A stretch of 64,000 bases of DNA, from NCBI GenBank assembly GCA_013265495.1, contig MU058384.1, positions 4,770,792-4,834,791 of the forward strand, in the 5' to 3' direction. Below the pieces are notes generated by a model, which saw only the letters and a list, made by a program, of their open reading frames with translations, was not told the DNA's origin and ran no database searches. A program made the translations under genes and the position numbers. Below, piece after piece: positions 38,651 to 52,200 of the stretch. Within the stretch, counting starts at the first letter, position 1. Each line of letters begins with the position of its first letter. This stretch comes from Vicugna vicugna. Its lineage: Eukaryota.

Positions 38651-40009
38651 GGATATTTGCTATTGAAAAAGACAGTATAGGAAACAATTGAGAACACAGG
38701 CAAATACAGGAAGCTTCTTTGGATGCTAAATGTCTTTTTTTTAAATTCCTCACTGCAACAACAAATCTGAGTAAAAAATAAATACCTGAATTATATATTA
38801 TGCCCTTCATCTTTTTGGTAGCTATACTTGTGATTTGCAAGGTACTGTAAAATTGTTCTAATAATTAATATCAGTGTTAAGGACTTAGAGATACTAAATT
38901 ATATTTTAAGGATTGAACACACAAAATTGAAGTATTTTGCCTTTGTCTATACAGTAAATAAGTCACAGTTTTGTTAGAAACATACGTGGTTATCCTCAGA
39001 TTGAATACCTACAGCATGTCACAAAAGTTATGACGTGAACATACTTCAGCCTCTTCTTAAATTTACTGAGGAAATTGATCAAATACTAAAAGTTGTATGC
39101 AGTTCTTGGTAATTTTCAAATAGAAATAAGTCGTATTCAAATAGAATAAATTACTGATTAGCACAGTTAAATTATTTGGGTATCAGTTTAAAAGTCAGTT
39201 GAACAAACACTAACTTCATATATTCATTGGATCAGTGAATTTAATTTTTGGCTAATATTTGGGAATAAAAAGCACTGTTCATCAGAGACTAACATAGCCC
39301 AGGAAATCTTCCCAGAAGGTATGAGACTTAACTGAAGCACAGAAAGACTGAATTATATTCATTATTGGTGGTGGGGCTGAAGCCAGGAGTCACATTGTCT
39401 GATTGATGTATTCTACACCAGACAGCTACCCACTTCTCCCTGCTTGCTTTGTACTATTCCACAAGCATCAATTTACTAGTCTCAAATTTTAGGGAGCATT
39501 ATCGGACTTCTAGTGTCTCAGCTATTCATTCGTGTTTACATACTCCTGATGAGTGGGTCACTACCTGTTTCCATGACTAACACAGGAAAGCCTACAAATT
39601 TGTGGTTTGAATATTCACTGCTTTACCTCTGTGGTCTGTGTAGACATCCAGAATTTGTTGACTCAAGGCCTTAGCTTCTGATGTTTTGGAGTTTGGAGAA
39701 ATTTTTTTCATATGATATATAAAAAGTACAGTTTTCAGAGAATATTCTCTTTCTGAAATCTTTGAAATATGTACCCAGTAAATAGAGGGCTTCTGATAGC
39801 ATCCTGAAAAAATCCAATATGAAATGAATGTTAACATTTTACTTGGCTAAATGACGATAAGCCGCTTTAAGATTCACATTTGTTAAAAGTTCACTTTTAG
39901 ATGAATATTTATTAAAATATGTAAAATGTGAGATGATGTACCAGTGGAGATTCTGTAGCCTGTTTCGCTCTAAGATGTTTTTATAATTCTCATTTTCTCT
40001 ATTTATGTA

Positions 40010-40480
40010 TTTAGTCATTTAACAAATATTTACTGAAGATGGACTATATGACACAAGCAACTAAAACAAGTTTTAGTAAACATAGTGAGGAAAATGCTCT
40101 GATAGAGGATTGTGCAGGAATACTAAGGGAAGGAGAGATGGGGAGGAGTATCTAAATCAGAAGTGGGGTGAGGAGAAGAAAATCACGCAGTGTTTCCTGG
40201 AGAACACTGTTTGGTCAGAACTTTATAAAGGACGTCTGAATGGCTTCATGTGCCATTTTGAATTAAGCAGTTTGAGTTAAACACTTGAGGAGGGTGATTT
40301 TTATTCTAAAGATTAAACTGTAGAATGACAAGATAACAGTTTTCCCTTTGAAAGAGTCACTCTGCAGTGTGGGTTGTCATGGAGCAAATCAGGGAGTTGG
40401 ATTAGGAAGCTATTTAATCATCCAAATGAGGAGAGAGTAGTGGGATAAAAACTCAGTAGTGAGACAGAGGAGGGGGCAGA
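40010..40480 (-). mobile_element. L2 LINE 3' fragment
   Basis: tttagtcatttaacaaatatttactgaag and ttaggaagctatttaatcatcca. Confidence 0.6.
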
Positions 40481-40747
40481 TTATATATATACATACATAT
40501 ATATATCTCTATACACATATATATATGTGTGTGCATATTTTATAACAAAAATATCTTTATTAAAGGTATGATAAAGTCACCTCAGGCTATATGAGGCAAG
40601 CCCTTAAGTTTTTTAAAGCAGAACTCATTAGAATAGCTAACCTTTGTCAAATAAATATTTAATTATAATGCTTACTGTTTTATTCCTATATAAACTTTAG
40701 TTTTACATATATTTAAATGCTTTTGAAAGCATAAGACAAATATAGGA

Positions 40748-42893
40748 TTTTTTAAAGCTGAAGTATAGTTATTTACAATATTGTATGTTTCAGGTATACA
40801 ACATAGTCATTCAATATTTTTGTAGATTGTACTCCTTTTAAAGTTATAAAATATTGGCTATATTCCCTGTGCTGTGCAACATATCCTTGAAGCTTATTTA
40901 CTTTATATGCAGTAGTTTGTACCTCTTGATTCTCTACTTCTGTCTTGCACCTTTTCTCTTGCCTTCCCTATTGGTAAGTCTATTTCTTTTTCGTTATATT
41001 CACCAGTTTGCTTTACTTTTTGGAATTCCATATATGAGGAATATCATACAGTATTTTTCTTTCTCTGTCTGACCTATTTACTAAGCGTAATACCCTCCAG
41101 TTCATCCATGTTGCAAATAAAAAATTTTATTCTTTTTATGACCAAGTAATATTCCATTATGTATATATACCACATCTTTATCCATTCATCGGTTGATGGA
41201 CACTTGAATTGCTTCCATATCTTGGCTATTGTGAATAACGCTATAGTGAACATTGGGGTTCATGTGTTTTTTTGAATTAGTGTTTTGTTTTCTTCAGATA
41301 TAAACCCAGGAGTGGATTTGCCAGACAAATGGCAGTTCTATTTTTAGTTTTCTGAGAAACCTCCATACTATTTTCTGTAGTGGCTGCACTAGTTTATGTT
41401 CCCACCAGTAGTGTAGGGTTCTCTTCTTTCCACATCCTTGCCAACGTTTGTTGTTTGTGGTCTTTTTGATGATAGCCATTTTGACAGGTGTGAAGTGATA
41501 TCATTACAGTTTTGATTTACATTTCTCTTGTAATTAGCAATGTTGAGCATCTTTTCATGTGCCTGTTGGCCACTTGTATGGCTTCTTTTGAAAAATGGCT
41601 ATTCAGGTCTTCTGCCAATTTTTAAAATCAGGGTTTTTTTTTTTATAATGAGTTATATGAGCTGTTTATGTATTTTGGATATTAACACTTTAGTGGTCAT
41701 ATCATTTGGAAATATTTTCTCCCATTCAGTAGGTTGACTTCTCATTTTGTCAGTGGTTTCCTTTGCTGTGCAAAACCTTTAAATTTAATTGGATTTTATT
41801 TGTTTATTTTTTATTTTTTTGTCTTTCCCTTAGGAAACAGGACTCAAAAAATGTTTGCTACAATTTATGTCAAAGAGTGTTCTGCCTGTGTTTTCCTCTA
41901 GGAGTTTTATAGTATCCAGTCTTACATTTAGGTCTTTAATCCATTTTGAGTTTATTTGTGTATATAGTATTAGAGAATGTTCTAATTTCATTCTTTTACA
42001 TGTAGCTGTCCAGTTTTCCCAGCACCACTTATTGAAGAGGCTGTCCTTTCTCCATTGTATATTCTTGCCTCCTTTGTCATAGATTAATTGACCATAAGTG
42101 CGTGGGTTTGTTTCTGGGCTTTCTGTCCTGTTCCATTAATCTATGTGTCTGTTTTTGTGCCAGTACCATACTTTTTTTTTTTTTAATATTTATTTATTTA
42201 TTTATCATCATATTATTTAATTATTTTATTTTGGCTGGGGTGGAGGGGGAAGTAATCAGGTTTATTTTTGGAGGAGGTACTGGGGATTGAACCCAGGATC
42301 TCATGCATGCTAAACATGCACTTTACCGATTGAGCTACACCCTTCCCCAGTACCATACTGTTTTGATTACTGTAGCTTTGTAGTATAGTCTGAAGTCAGG
42401 GCTTGTAATAGCTCCAGCGTTGTAAAGATTGCTTTGATGATTATGGGTTTTTTTGTGGTTCCACATAAATTTTAGAATTATCTGTTCTAGTTCCTTGAAA
42501 AATGTCATGGATATTTTGATGAGGATTGCACTAAATCTGTAGATTGCTTTAGGTATATGGGCATTTTAACAATGTTAGTTCTTCCAATCCATGAACATGG
42601 CTTATCTTTTCCTTTCTTTGTATCATCTTCAGTTTCTTTCATCTTTGGGCCTCTGATATCCCCCTCCTCTTCTGTGTCCCCTCCTAGGGCCACAGGTCCT
42701 AACCTGGTCACTTCTTCTCCCTTCCTACCTGGCTCTGTGTGGATCTTTCTTTACAGCCTTGGTTGTAGAAGAGTCTTTCTGCTGGTCTCCAGTTGGTGCT
42801 CAATAAGAACTGCTCCACATGTAAATGTATTTTTGATGTGTTCATGGTGGGAGAGGAGCTGAGCATCCTCCTCTGCCATCTTGATCTCCTTCT
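40748..42893 (-). mobile_element. Artiodactyl/camelid-type L1: 3'UTR and ORF2 end (40748-42643) fused to about 250 bp of 5'UTR-like sequence (42644-42893)
   Basis: Well-preserved antisense L1 (gaagtatagttatttacaat; tgtagctgtccagttttcccagcaccacttattgaagag). ORF 41294..41479(-) resembles the degenerate ORF2 C-terminus. Terminal gccatcttg is the antisense of CAAGATGGC, the YY1 motif of L1 5' ends. Confidence 0.85.
42173..42346 (-). mobile_element. Vic-1-type tRNA-derived SINE nested in L1
   Basis: ggaggtactggggattgaacccaggatctcatgcatgctaaacatgcactttaccgattgagctacaccc, with a poly-T tail and a perfect 13-bp TSD CCAGTACCATACT (42160-42172; 42347-42359). Confidence 0.92.
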
Positions 42894-42944
42894 GGATCAC
42901 ATATTTTAAACATTAAAGTCAAAATAAACTTTTTAAATATATAT

Positions 42945-43175
42945 ATCAATTATGTTCAGTCATCAGTATGCCAGGTCCAATTTGAAGTATTTTTTCTTTT
43001 ATTAATTAACTAATTTAATCGTCCCATTAACCTGTGAGATATGTATTGCTTCCCGTGTACTGAATGAGGAAAAGAAGACATAGAGTAGATAAATAACTTG
43101 CCCATGTCACATATTTAATAATTGCCTGAGCCAGTCCTTCAATACATACAGAGTGGCTCCAGAGTCAGGATATAT
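42945..43175 (-). mobile_element. MIR SINE
   Basis: gaatgaggaaaagaagacatagagtagataaataacttgcccatgtcaca. Confidence 0.65.
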
Positions 43176-43609
43176 TATACTAATAAATTGTCTTTGAATT
43201 GTATTTGTAAAGGAACAAAATTTAATAGTAGAGAATTATAAATAACTCATATCTCTGAACAAGACCATATTTCCCCAAAATTATTATTTTTAATAAACAT
43301 AGTAGATTTATTGAGTGGAGCTATCAACATGTAAAATATAAATACATATTATAATATCTATTTGTTTATTCATACATTAATTGTGATCTTTTCTCTCATT
43401 TTTAAGAAGGTGTTCTAATTAATCCAGAATTGGAAGAGGAGTATTCTGGGTTTTTGTTGGCTGTTTGTTTTAAATAATGCTGAGATATTTTTTCATTGAG
43501 AACTTTAATCTTGTGTACTCTGCTTATGTGGAAGATTTTGCAATTTTCAAAACCATTGAAAATTTGCTTGCCTTCTACATAGGCCATAAGAAGTCTATTA
43601 AGGGCTTAC

Positions 43610-44840
43610 AGTCCTTTCCCAAACTTTATCTTAAAATACTTTAAAATCACAAAAAAGTTACAAAAAAATAGGTAAAATAAAATTCTAAATTTACAACATT
43701 TGCTTCTTTCCTTTTAAAACTTCATTCATGTATCTGCCAAGAAGAAGGATATTGTCCTACATAACCATAGTACCATTATCACATTTAGGAAAATTAATGA
43801 TACTATCATGTCATCTAATAAACAGTTGATAGTCAGACTCTCCTAAATGTGCCCAAGCTGTCTTTAGTAACTTTTTATTGGCTTACTTATTTTATCCTGC
43901 ATCCAGTTCAGATTCACACTTATCATTGGTCGTTTTATCATTTCAGTCTCATTTAAGTTGTTAATCTAAAATCTTTTTTGTTTGTTTTTCATGACATTGA
44001 CTTTTTTAAAAAGTCTGCCTGAGCCAGTTGACCTGTAGAATATCCAACATTTTTATTTCATCGTGATTAGATCCAGGCCAGACATTTTTGTCAAGAATAC
44101 TGTAAGTGATATGTGCTTTTTTTGCATCACATCCGGTAGCATATAATGTTAGGTTGTTCCACAGTTGGTGTTGCTATATTTAGTCCTAGGTCGTTCTCTG
44201 AACATTTTAATACATTCTACTGGTCTACTCATGTGTCATTACCACATTACTTTAATTACAGTGGCCTTTTACAATAATATATACTGATACTTAGAAGTGT
44301 TTATTTTCAATCATTGCTTTTTTTTTTCCCCAGAATTTTTCTAGCTATTCTTGCATATTCTTCTATATGAATTTTAGAATCAACTTGTGTAGTGCTAGGG
44401 AAAAAACTTTTTGGGGAGGGGATCACATTAAATTCATAAATGTGCAGTAAATCTTCACATTATCTTGGAGAGAATTGGCATTTATATGATGTTACATTGT
44501 CTTAAAACAAGGCAAATCTTCCAATTTGTTCAAGACAACTTTTATGTCTTTCAGAAGAATTTTAACATTTTCTTCATACTGTTCTGTGAATTTTTTGTAT
44601 TCAAATATTTTCTCTTTTATAATGCTCTTATAAATGAGGTATTCTTTTTCATTATATCTTCTAACTGGTTATTTGAATATGTAAAGGCTATTGATGTTTA
44701 TATATTAAATTTTATATTATGCTTTCTGATTCATTAGTCCTGTTATTAGTTGTGGTAATTTAGCATTGATTCTTTTGGACTTTCTAGGTATGAATATTAT
44801 CTGAGTAACAGTTTTACTTCTTTTCCAGCTTTTAAGAAGG
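43610..44840 (-). mobile_element. Old L1 (L1MC/ME-type) fragments
   Basis: cctacataaccatagtaccattatcaca, tatatgaattttagaatcaacttg, ttggagagaattggcatttatatgatgtt, gtaaaggctattgatgtttatatatt. Confidence 0.7.
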
Positions 44841-46824
44841 GCTTGCAGTTTTTGTACAGACATCTTTATATTAAATTTGGCAAGAATGATCTTTGCCTTC
44901 TAAAACTCTATATTTTACTGAAATATAATAAATTGTATTTCATTTTCTCCTAGCCATAGATAAAACACAGTTTTCCCTCTGCCCTTTTAGGGATTAATGG
45001 CAATTTTTAAAACTCAGGTTGCATAATAATAATGTTGCCTGGAACAACTCTTTAGAAAATTTCATAGAAGGTCAGATCGAGGTTCTCCTGTCGTTAGCAC
45101 AATGCCTTGTGCTTGGTGGGTAGCCCATAATTATTTGGTGAAGATACGTGAGATTGCAAGATATATGTTCTGACTTCAGAATTTGGCACATATTCCTGCC
45201 TGCTTTCTTTTTGCAGTAAATCTGATCATCTTTTTTCTTTCTTTCCTTTGATCATGGTCCCAACTTGAAGATTGGTGGAGTTTAGGGAAACTAAAAAATA
45301 TATAATTCTGCTGTTCAGATCAGTCAGGTACAAGTAGGGTAAAAATTCCATGTTCTGATTTTCCTTAAAATAAAATACCTAAAGCATCTCCCAAGAAGCA
45401 TAAAATTTCTTCATTATTTTCTCTAGAGTGTAGTAATGTCTGGAAAATTAGGAAATTTTTAAAATAAATACATTTCAGTTTTACAGTAGGTTTGGAAACA
45501 TTACCAAAGGAAGTAGCTAATTAACATTTTTTTTTAAAAACAGTCCTGGAACATTACCTCAGACATTCTGATGACTAATGCACACAGTTATCACTGTGCT
45601 GTAGCATATAAACCCTGTGGATAGCGTGTAGATTAATTCATTCAGTTAATATTTGAGTCAACTCTTGAGAACCTTCTGTGTTTCACACATTTGGGCCAGG
45701 CGGTGTGAATAAAAGGTGAATTAAATCAGATCCTGGTCACAGGGGCTAAACAGTCACACAAATGGGCCTGGAGGGTTTGTGGCTTAGACGCGTGGGTTTC
45801 AGCGATGGAACTGCTGCTCCTTGGTTGTTTGACCTGTCTTCTTATTTACTCTCTGAAAGCTGCTGTTTCCTCCCTTTAAAATCAGATTATCTTTGTTGTT
45901 TGTTAATTAACCATCTTAAAATTCTTAATTGTTGAGTTTTGTTAGTTTTACTTTAATTTAAGAGATTCTCTAACTTTTCCATTGTTATCAGTGGCACTAC
46001 TGCTACAATATCAGTTGTATAAGGTTATTTGCTTGTCTTCGGGTTACTGAAACTCCTTGTAGGAGTTGTTCGTTTTCTTTGCATCCCCATGGTTGTGGTC
46101 CCAGCTCTACCGCTAGAGGTGAGCTGTAGCAAAAGAGCAAAAACAAACCTGTCCAGCTGTTAGCCTTCTGCTGAGGGACAGGAGTAAGCTTTTCCTATCA
46201 GGCCTCATCAGTAGCAGGTTACAACCATCTCCCAGTGACTGGTCCTGGAAGCAGACTTCTCCAGGTGGATAGGCCCCTTTGCGTTATCAGTCCCTCTGAA
46301 GGTCCCTGGGATCTGCCAGCCCCTTGATGTACTACAGACATCATACTGACAGGTAATAGCCAGCAACCCAGAGGATTTATAGCTTCAGCTGGCTAAGAGC
46401 ACACAGGTCCTTGCTCAGCACCAAAGAGAGCACAGCCCTCTCACTCCTGCCCTTTACCTGACACCCTGGCACTGAGATTCCAGGGAAAAAACTTCATCTT
46501 CTGAGATACTGTCCAGAGTTTGCCATCCCTCTCTCCTTAATCTTTGTAGGCCTCTGGAAAGGAAGTAAGCATGATTTGAAATTTTAAAATCATTAGACAA
46601 AGTGAAAAAGAAGATGCTCACCTAGAAGATTAAGTGGAACAATTATCAAACAACAAAAATTATGACAATAAAAATAAAATGAGCTCCAGCATTAAACAGA
46701 TAGCAGAATAAAATTTCCCTGAGCAGAAAATAAGACTCTGCAGATTAAAGGGCATATCAACTCCCAAGAAAGATTAATTAGAACAAAGACACACTTAGAC
46801 ATACCCTGGTGAAAACACTCTATT

Positions 46825-47000
46825 GGCAAAATTCCCTCCTTCAGGGAAGGTCAGTCTGTTTCTTATGGTTTTCGATGGATTGAATGAAACCCAGTCACAT
46901 TATGGAGGGCAATCTACTTTACTCAAAGTCTAATACCTTAAGTGTTAATCCTACCCAAAAATACTTTCACAGGAACATCTGGAATGTTTTACCAGATAAA
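46825..47000 (-). mobile_element. MLT2-like ERVL LTR fragment
   Basis: ggattgaatgaaacccagtcacattatggagggcaatctactttactcaaagtct...aaaaatactttcacaggaacatctggaatgttt. Confidence 0.75.
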
Positions 47001-47112
47001 AGTGAAATATAATATAAGTGTAGATTTTTTTTAGGTAAAATTTACTTAGAATAGGAAGCTATTTGGGGATGTTTTTCTTTAAGCTTATTCCTTTCTGTAT
47101 TGAAAGGAATTG

Positions 47113-47311
47113 TTGAAAACTTGAACAAATATGTATGATTGTATTTCCAAATGATATTCTTCATTGAAAACTTGAACAAATATGTATGATTGTATTTCCA
47201 AATGATATTCTTCATTGAAAACTTGAACAAATATGTATGATTGTATTTCCAAATGATATTCTTCATTGAAAACTTGAACAAATATGTATGATTGTATTTC
47301 CAAATGATATT
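47113..47311. repeat. Perfect 51-bp minisatellite, 3.9 copies
   Basis: ttgaaaacttgaacaaatatgtatgattgtatttccaaatgatattcttca starts at 47113, 47164, 47215 and 47266 (last copy 46 bp), with no mismatches. Confidence 0.97.
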
Positions 47312-49185
47312 ATTTCAGTAGGCAATCTAAATTTAAAATAAGCATATATCTTATAATCCATTTTAAAATTCTAATTTTCAACACATTCTCATCCTGAATT
47401 TGAAACTGTAAAATACATAATTTTTTTCTTTGTTCTTTTATAAGCTAAGGATGTAGATTTTAGGGTTTTTTTTTAAAGTTTTTTATTTACATCATTTTGA
47501 AATTGCTTTCCAATTGGATAAGAATTTAAAAAATCAGCTATCAGCCTAGGTCATTTTGTTGCAGTGAGAGTATAGTAGTGAGAACACACATGTAAGATAT
47601 TGCTAATTCCTGAACCCTGTGTTATGACCACTCTCATTTAAAAGCTAGGGTGTCATTTTGGACTGTTCTTAGTGGTTGCAGCTAGGGAGGGTTGTGGGAA
47701 TGTGGGGGCTTGGGAAGTGGGAATTTTACCATTTATTCTATATACTTCAGTATTATTAAAATCTTACAATAGGAATCAGCATTATTTGAGTATTTTCAAA
47801 TATGTATTACTTGGGTTTTTAAAAAATTTTTTATTCAACCAATGTTATCTATGAATAGAAATGTCTTTCCATCAAAATTGAAGACTTTGTTATTACACTT
47901 AAGACAGAACTGTTAATTTGCTGTGTAGTATTTCTTCACAAAAGAACATCTGTTTTACTAGACTTTTAAGGTCAGAAATCATTATTCATTATTTATCTTT
48001 TATAATCTATCCTTTATAATTTATCTTTTATCACTGAGTGACAAATAACCACTTATAACTATTAGCTGATTGAATAAAGGGAGTATAATGCTTTATACTT
48101 CACTGGCTAACAGTAGAGGTTGAGAGTATTTTTTAAGTGAAACAAATACAGTTTTTTAAAAATCATGTTTCATGGTACTTTGTTCATTTTGAGTACACTC
48201 TTGCAAAGTGATTTTAAAAAAAACTATTGTTTTGTGTTAATCTTACTTAATTCCTTATTATACTTTAAGAAGAATGAGTTAAATACCTGTAAATGAGAAC
48301 TAATGTTTTGTTTCAACTAGAAATTGTGCTGTTTGCTATTAACAGTACATTATAGTTCTCACTTCTAACCAGCCCAACATGTGACAGCCTTTAGCATTAT
48401 TTGAACAAACCATTCTAATAGCGTAACTCATATGTTAGTTTGCTGATTGAGAGAGATTGAAAAATAAATGAGATCCACACCTGTGTTCACTTTAAACTGG
48501 AGCTAGACTTTGAACCGGTATCTTTATAGATGAGACACAGTGTATTACATCCATAGAAGCTGTTTATTATAAAGAAATGTGGTAGAGGATATTGGGAACA
48601 AAAAGATAAATCCATACATGATAAAAAGATTTTTCTCAGGTTCAGCAGTCTATATTGTCATTGTAAGGGAGAGAATTAGGGGAACTTTTGTCTTTAGGAG
48701 CTCTATGGTAATTGAATAAATAGCAGACTATGTCATAGTAGGAAGTCGGATTATCAAAGAGAAAATCAAATAGACTTTTTTTTGAGAAAATAAGGAAGCG
48801 ATTCTTTTCATAGACTTTGTGATATTATATTTCTTTATGAAAACTTGATGACCTCAAGTCAGAAGTAAAAACTTCCATGGAAGAAATGCAGTAGAGCAGA
48901 GATAACGGTACAGTTTGCGCTGAGAGCAAGATAAGGACACATCTTATGCTGTTGCTGGATGCCACTTGAATGGGAAAACTGGCTCAGGTCACCTTGAGTC
49001 AGGTCTCCTAGTTAACCTGTCCAACTGTTTCTGACCAAAGAAGTCATGATAACACTTTAAAGGATCCTGCCCAAGTGAGACTTTTTTCTTGTAAGCTGTA
49101 GGAGTCATGTCTTACTGACATAAATGCTTTCAAATAAAATAGACAAGTATAATAAGCAAATATTCACAATCTTTTCTTTTCACAG

Positions 49186-49241
49186 AGATTATCAGCATAG
49201 AAAGAAAGCCTTGTAACCATCATGTAGACACAGCACCAACG
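49186..49241 (+). CDS. Coding exon (56 nt; E-IISIERKPCNHHVDTAPT), phase 1/0
   Basis: Acceptor tcttttcttttcacag| and donor ACG|gtaagg. Only the frame dictated by the 24427-24544 exon is free of stops; the other two contain TAG or TAA. Confidence 0.8.
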
Positions 49242-52200
49242 GTAAGGCAGTCTGTTCCTGTATTGTTAAAACTGCTAAGAAGCTGCAAAATGATACCGGT
49301 TATAGTGACACAAAATGTCATTGTAGAAAACTCTTATAATCTCCCTTTTGCCAAAAGTTATATGCCTTTTTAAAAGATTAACCTTATGTTTTCTAATTAA
49401 TGAAGAAAACTTGCCAATCTTTGTCAATATGTAGAAAAGTAAGATACTGTATTGTTTTTACAGGTACTTGTATATATTAATGTAATGAATAGAATTTTTT
49501 TAACTTAAAAATACTTTATACTTTTGATAAAGTACTGTAAATTTCTATGCAAATTGATTTATACCCTTTTAAAAAGGAGTGCTATTTTGTGCACTAGCAT
49601 CATTTTTTTAGAGTGAATGTTTTGTAATCATGAAAATGGGCCATTAATGCTTCTTTTCTCTTGTAGATTACTATGCTTTATTATTATTATAGAAGTGAAA
49701 TTTAATCTTTTATCCCTCTTCTATTACTACCAGACAAGAAAGGCATTTAATAATTACGGTATCTATTTGCTAAATTAAAAACAATTATAGATAATATAGA
49801 AGGCAGATTTCCCTTTAATCTCTGTATATAATATGTGTATGTATCAAATATACATCAGTTGCTGGTTCCCACTTGCAGAAGTCATATGATGATACAGACT
49901 AGCGTGTATCTTACTGTTCACTAAACATGTTCTTATTACTTATCCTTTCTATACAGTAAATCTTTCAAGCACTCCATATAATTCAACATTTCCTATTGTG
50001 ATAAAGATTTGATAATGCCTTTTTAAAGAAAATTAAAACAGTATTAAACCATATTTGAATTTTATTGATAATTAATATTTTCCCCATGGACAGATTGATT
50101 CCATTTTCTATTTGTAATAAATCCATATATTGATTCAGCATGTTTGGTAACTTAATATGTGGGGCTCTGGAAAAGACTGGTGTTTGAAGAATTATTCATC
50201 AGCATAATCGTAAAAAAGTCCATGGGTATAGTATATGTGTTCTGGTTATACTTTAGTAAGTATGCTAAAAGAGTAGCCATAACATTTTGTGAATTGTATT
50301 AGTTAATATTAAAAATTGAAGGTTAGCAATTGTGGAAAATAAATTATTTTAATGTATTTGAACAATATACTCATTTGAATATTTTATGTACTTTTGAAAT
50401 ATATTCCTATAGGCTTTCCTGCAGCACCTGTGTTTAGATTTCTGGTGTTTTTTGTACATTTTGGAACTCAGAAAAGTGCAACCTGGCAGGGTTTTTTTGT
50501 TTCTCCTGGTAGGCTGATGGCAGATTCCCATGTTAATTAAATAATAAAATAATAGAACTAAATGTTCATGGACTCATGAGAAATAATGTTATTAAGGTTT
50601 ACTCTAGTGCCCTAATCTCAAAATGACTCCAGTGAATTAGAAACAAAATCTAATGAATAATGGTTTAAGTATTGTTGGTCTTTGGTTATGTTTTCCCAGT
50701 TGGATTATTAAATAATGGCTCCTAATATAATAATATCTCTACTCTGTGTAGTCGATACGTTTTAAAATACTTGGTTTAAACAGGCACTCTTCAAACACTC
50801 ATTATTAGTTCCCCAGGTTTTGACTTGGGACAGTCTTCCTTTTTGATGTCTTTTTCTTCTGACTCTTCTTCTTCTGTCTCTTTACTGTAAACTAAGCATA
50901 TTCTGCTATCCTCTCCTCTCCCCCAAATTCCCCCAGCTTGCTGACAATTAACCTTGACCCTTTCTCCATAACCTCTAAGTAGAATCACAAGTCTGTTCAT
51001 TACCCACTCTCCTCTGGGCCCCAGGATAGGTAAAGACTGATTTTTACAGAAATACAATTTTACCTAATTTTCACCCTTTGTGTCAGTGCACCCTTAGGTT
51101 CCCTAAAAGCATCCAAGAAAAGAAAATTAAATTTAGAGATAAAAGAAATAGGAAAAAGTCTGTCTAAAAGTATAACAAAGTGGGATATTTTTAAGTTCAA
51201 ACTTTGTACTATACTGGCTGAAGAGGAGAGAGATTCCTTGGGCCTGAGGGGGAAAAAAAATAGCAAGGAGTGGGCCAGGATCTCAGAATGGTGGAGGCTG
51301 GGCCCTGAATGACTCTCGTCCTCATACCTTAACCACCAGTTTCTAGCCCACCTCTCTAAATGTCCTCCTGCTCCAACTACTCCCATGATTGGGTCTGGGA
51401 GAGTACGAGATGCTAGTTACAGCTCGTCAGCAGGGGAGGGAAACAAGACTTTCTCAAGCCTCTCTGACAGGGAAGGATGTGTTTCTTAATGTTCCAAGTT
51501 GGAGTGAACTTTTCTGTAAATACTTGGTTACAGAGGATAGTTTGATCCTATAGCACTGTGATGTGATGCAGTGTCCTTTAAGTGAATATAGGTTAGCCTG
51601 AGAACAAAACCACTTTTGGCCCTCGATTCTGTGTTCTTTTTCACTTTCTTTTTAATTTACTTGTTTCCCTTTTTCATTTATTCCTTGAATTTTAATTTTT
51701 GTTTGGATTTTTTGATGTAATTAATACCATATCTGTATACGAGATGCCTTTGATAGAAAGTAAAACGGAGTATTTCCCCACATGGCATGACCCTCCATCA
51801 AAAAGAGTCAAACCTTTCTTCTTAACTGGCTATCATCACTACTTCCTTTTTTTCTTTGGCATTAGGAGCTTTTAATTTTGTTCATATTTAAGTGCATTTT
51901 CAAGTTATTTTTTCAAGAAGTAGAATTGAGAGATGTATTACCTGAGTATACATATTTTAAAATATCTCTTAGTTGTCTTTGCATAAGACAGCTTGCCAGA
52001 GTTTTTAATTATTTGAATGTAAGTTTTTTCCTTCAAAACATTGTGGAAATTGATCATCTTTTGACATTTAGTATTTTAGGAGAGACGTTGGATCTCAGCC
52101 TGATAGTTACTCCTTTGTACAAGTAGCCTGTTTCGCCTGCTTGTGTATTATAGATTTTCTTGTATTTTCTTTATACCTCAAGTCCTAGCTCAGATTTGAT

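Noticed and set aside
41294..42862. ORF cluster, some resembling L1 ORF2
   Set aside because: Frameshifted fragments of a dead L1 and their antisense frames, not independent genes.
47042..47303. Two repetitive minus-strand ORFs / possible CRISPR-like array
   Set aside because: By-product of a 51-bp head-to-tail repeat; there are no spacers, no cas genes, and the context is eukaryotic.
50791..51057. Acidic ORF (KETEEEESEEKDIKKED) suggesting an antisense exon
   Set aside because: A purine-rich tract resembling degenerate L2; no convincing splice sites or partner exons on the minus strand.
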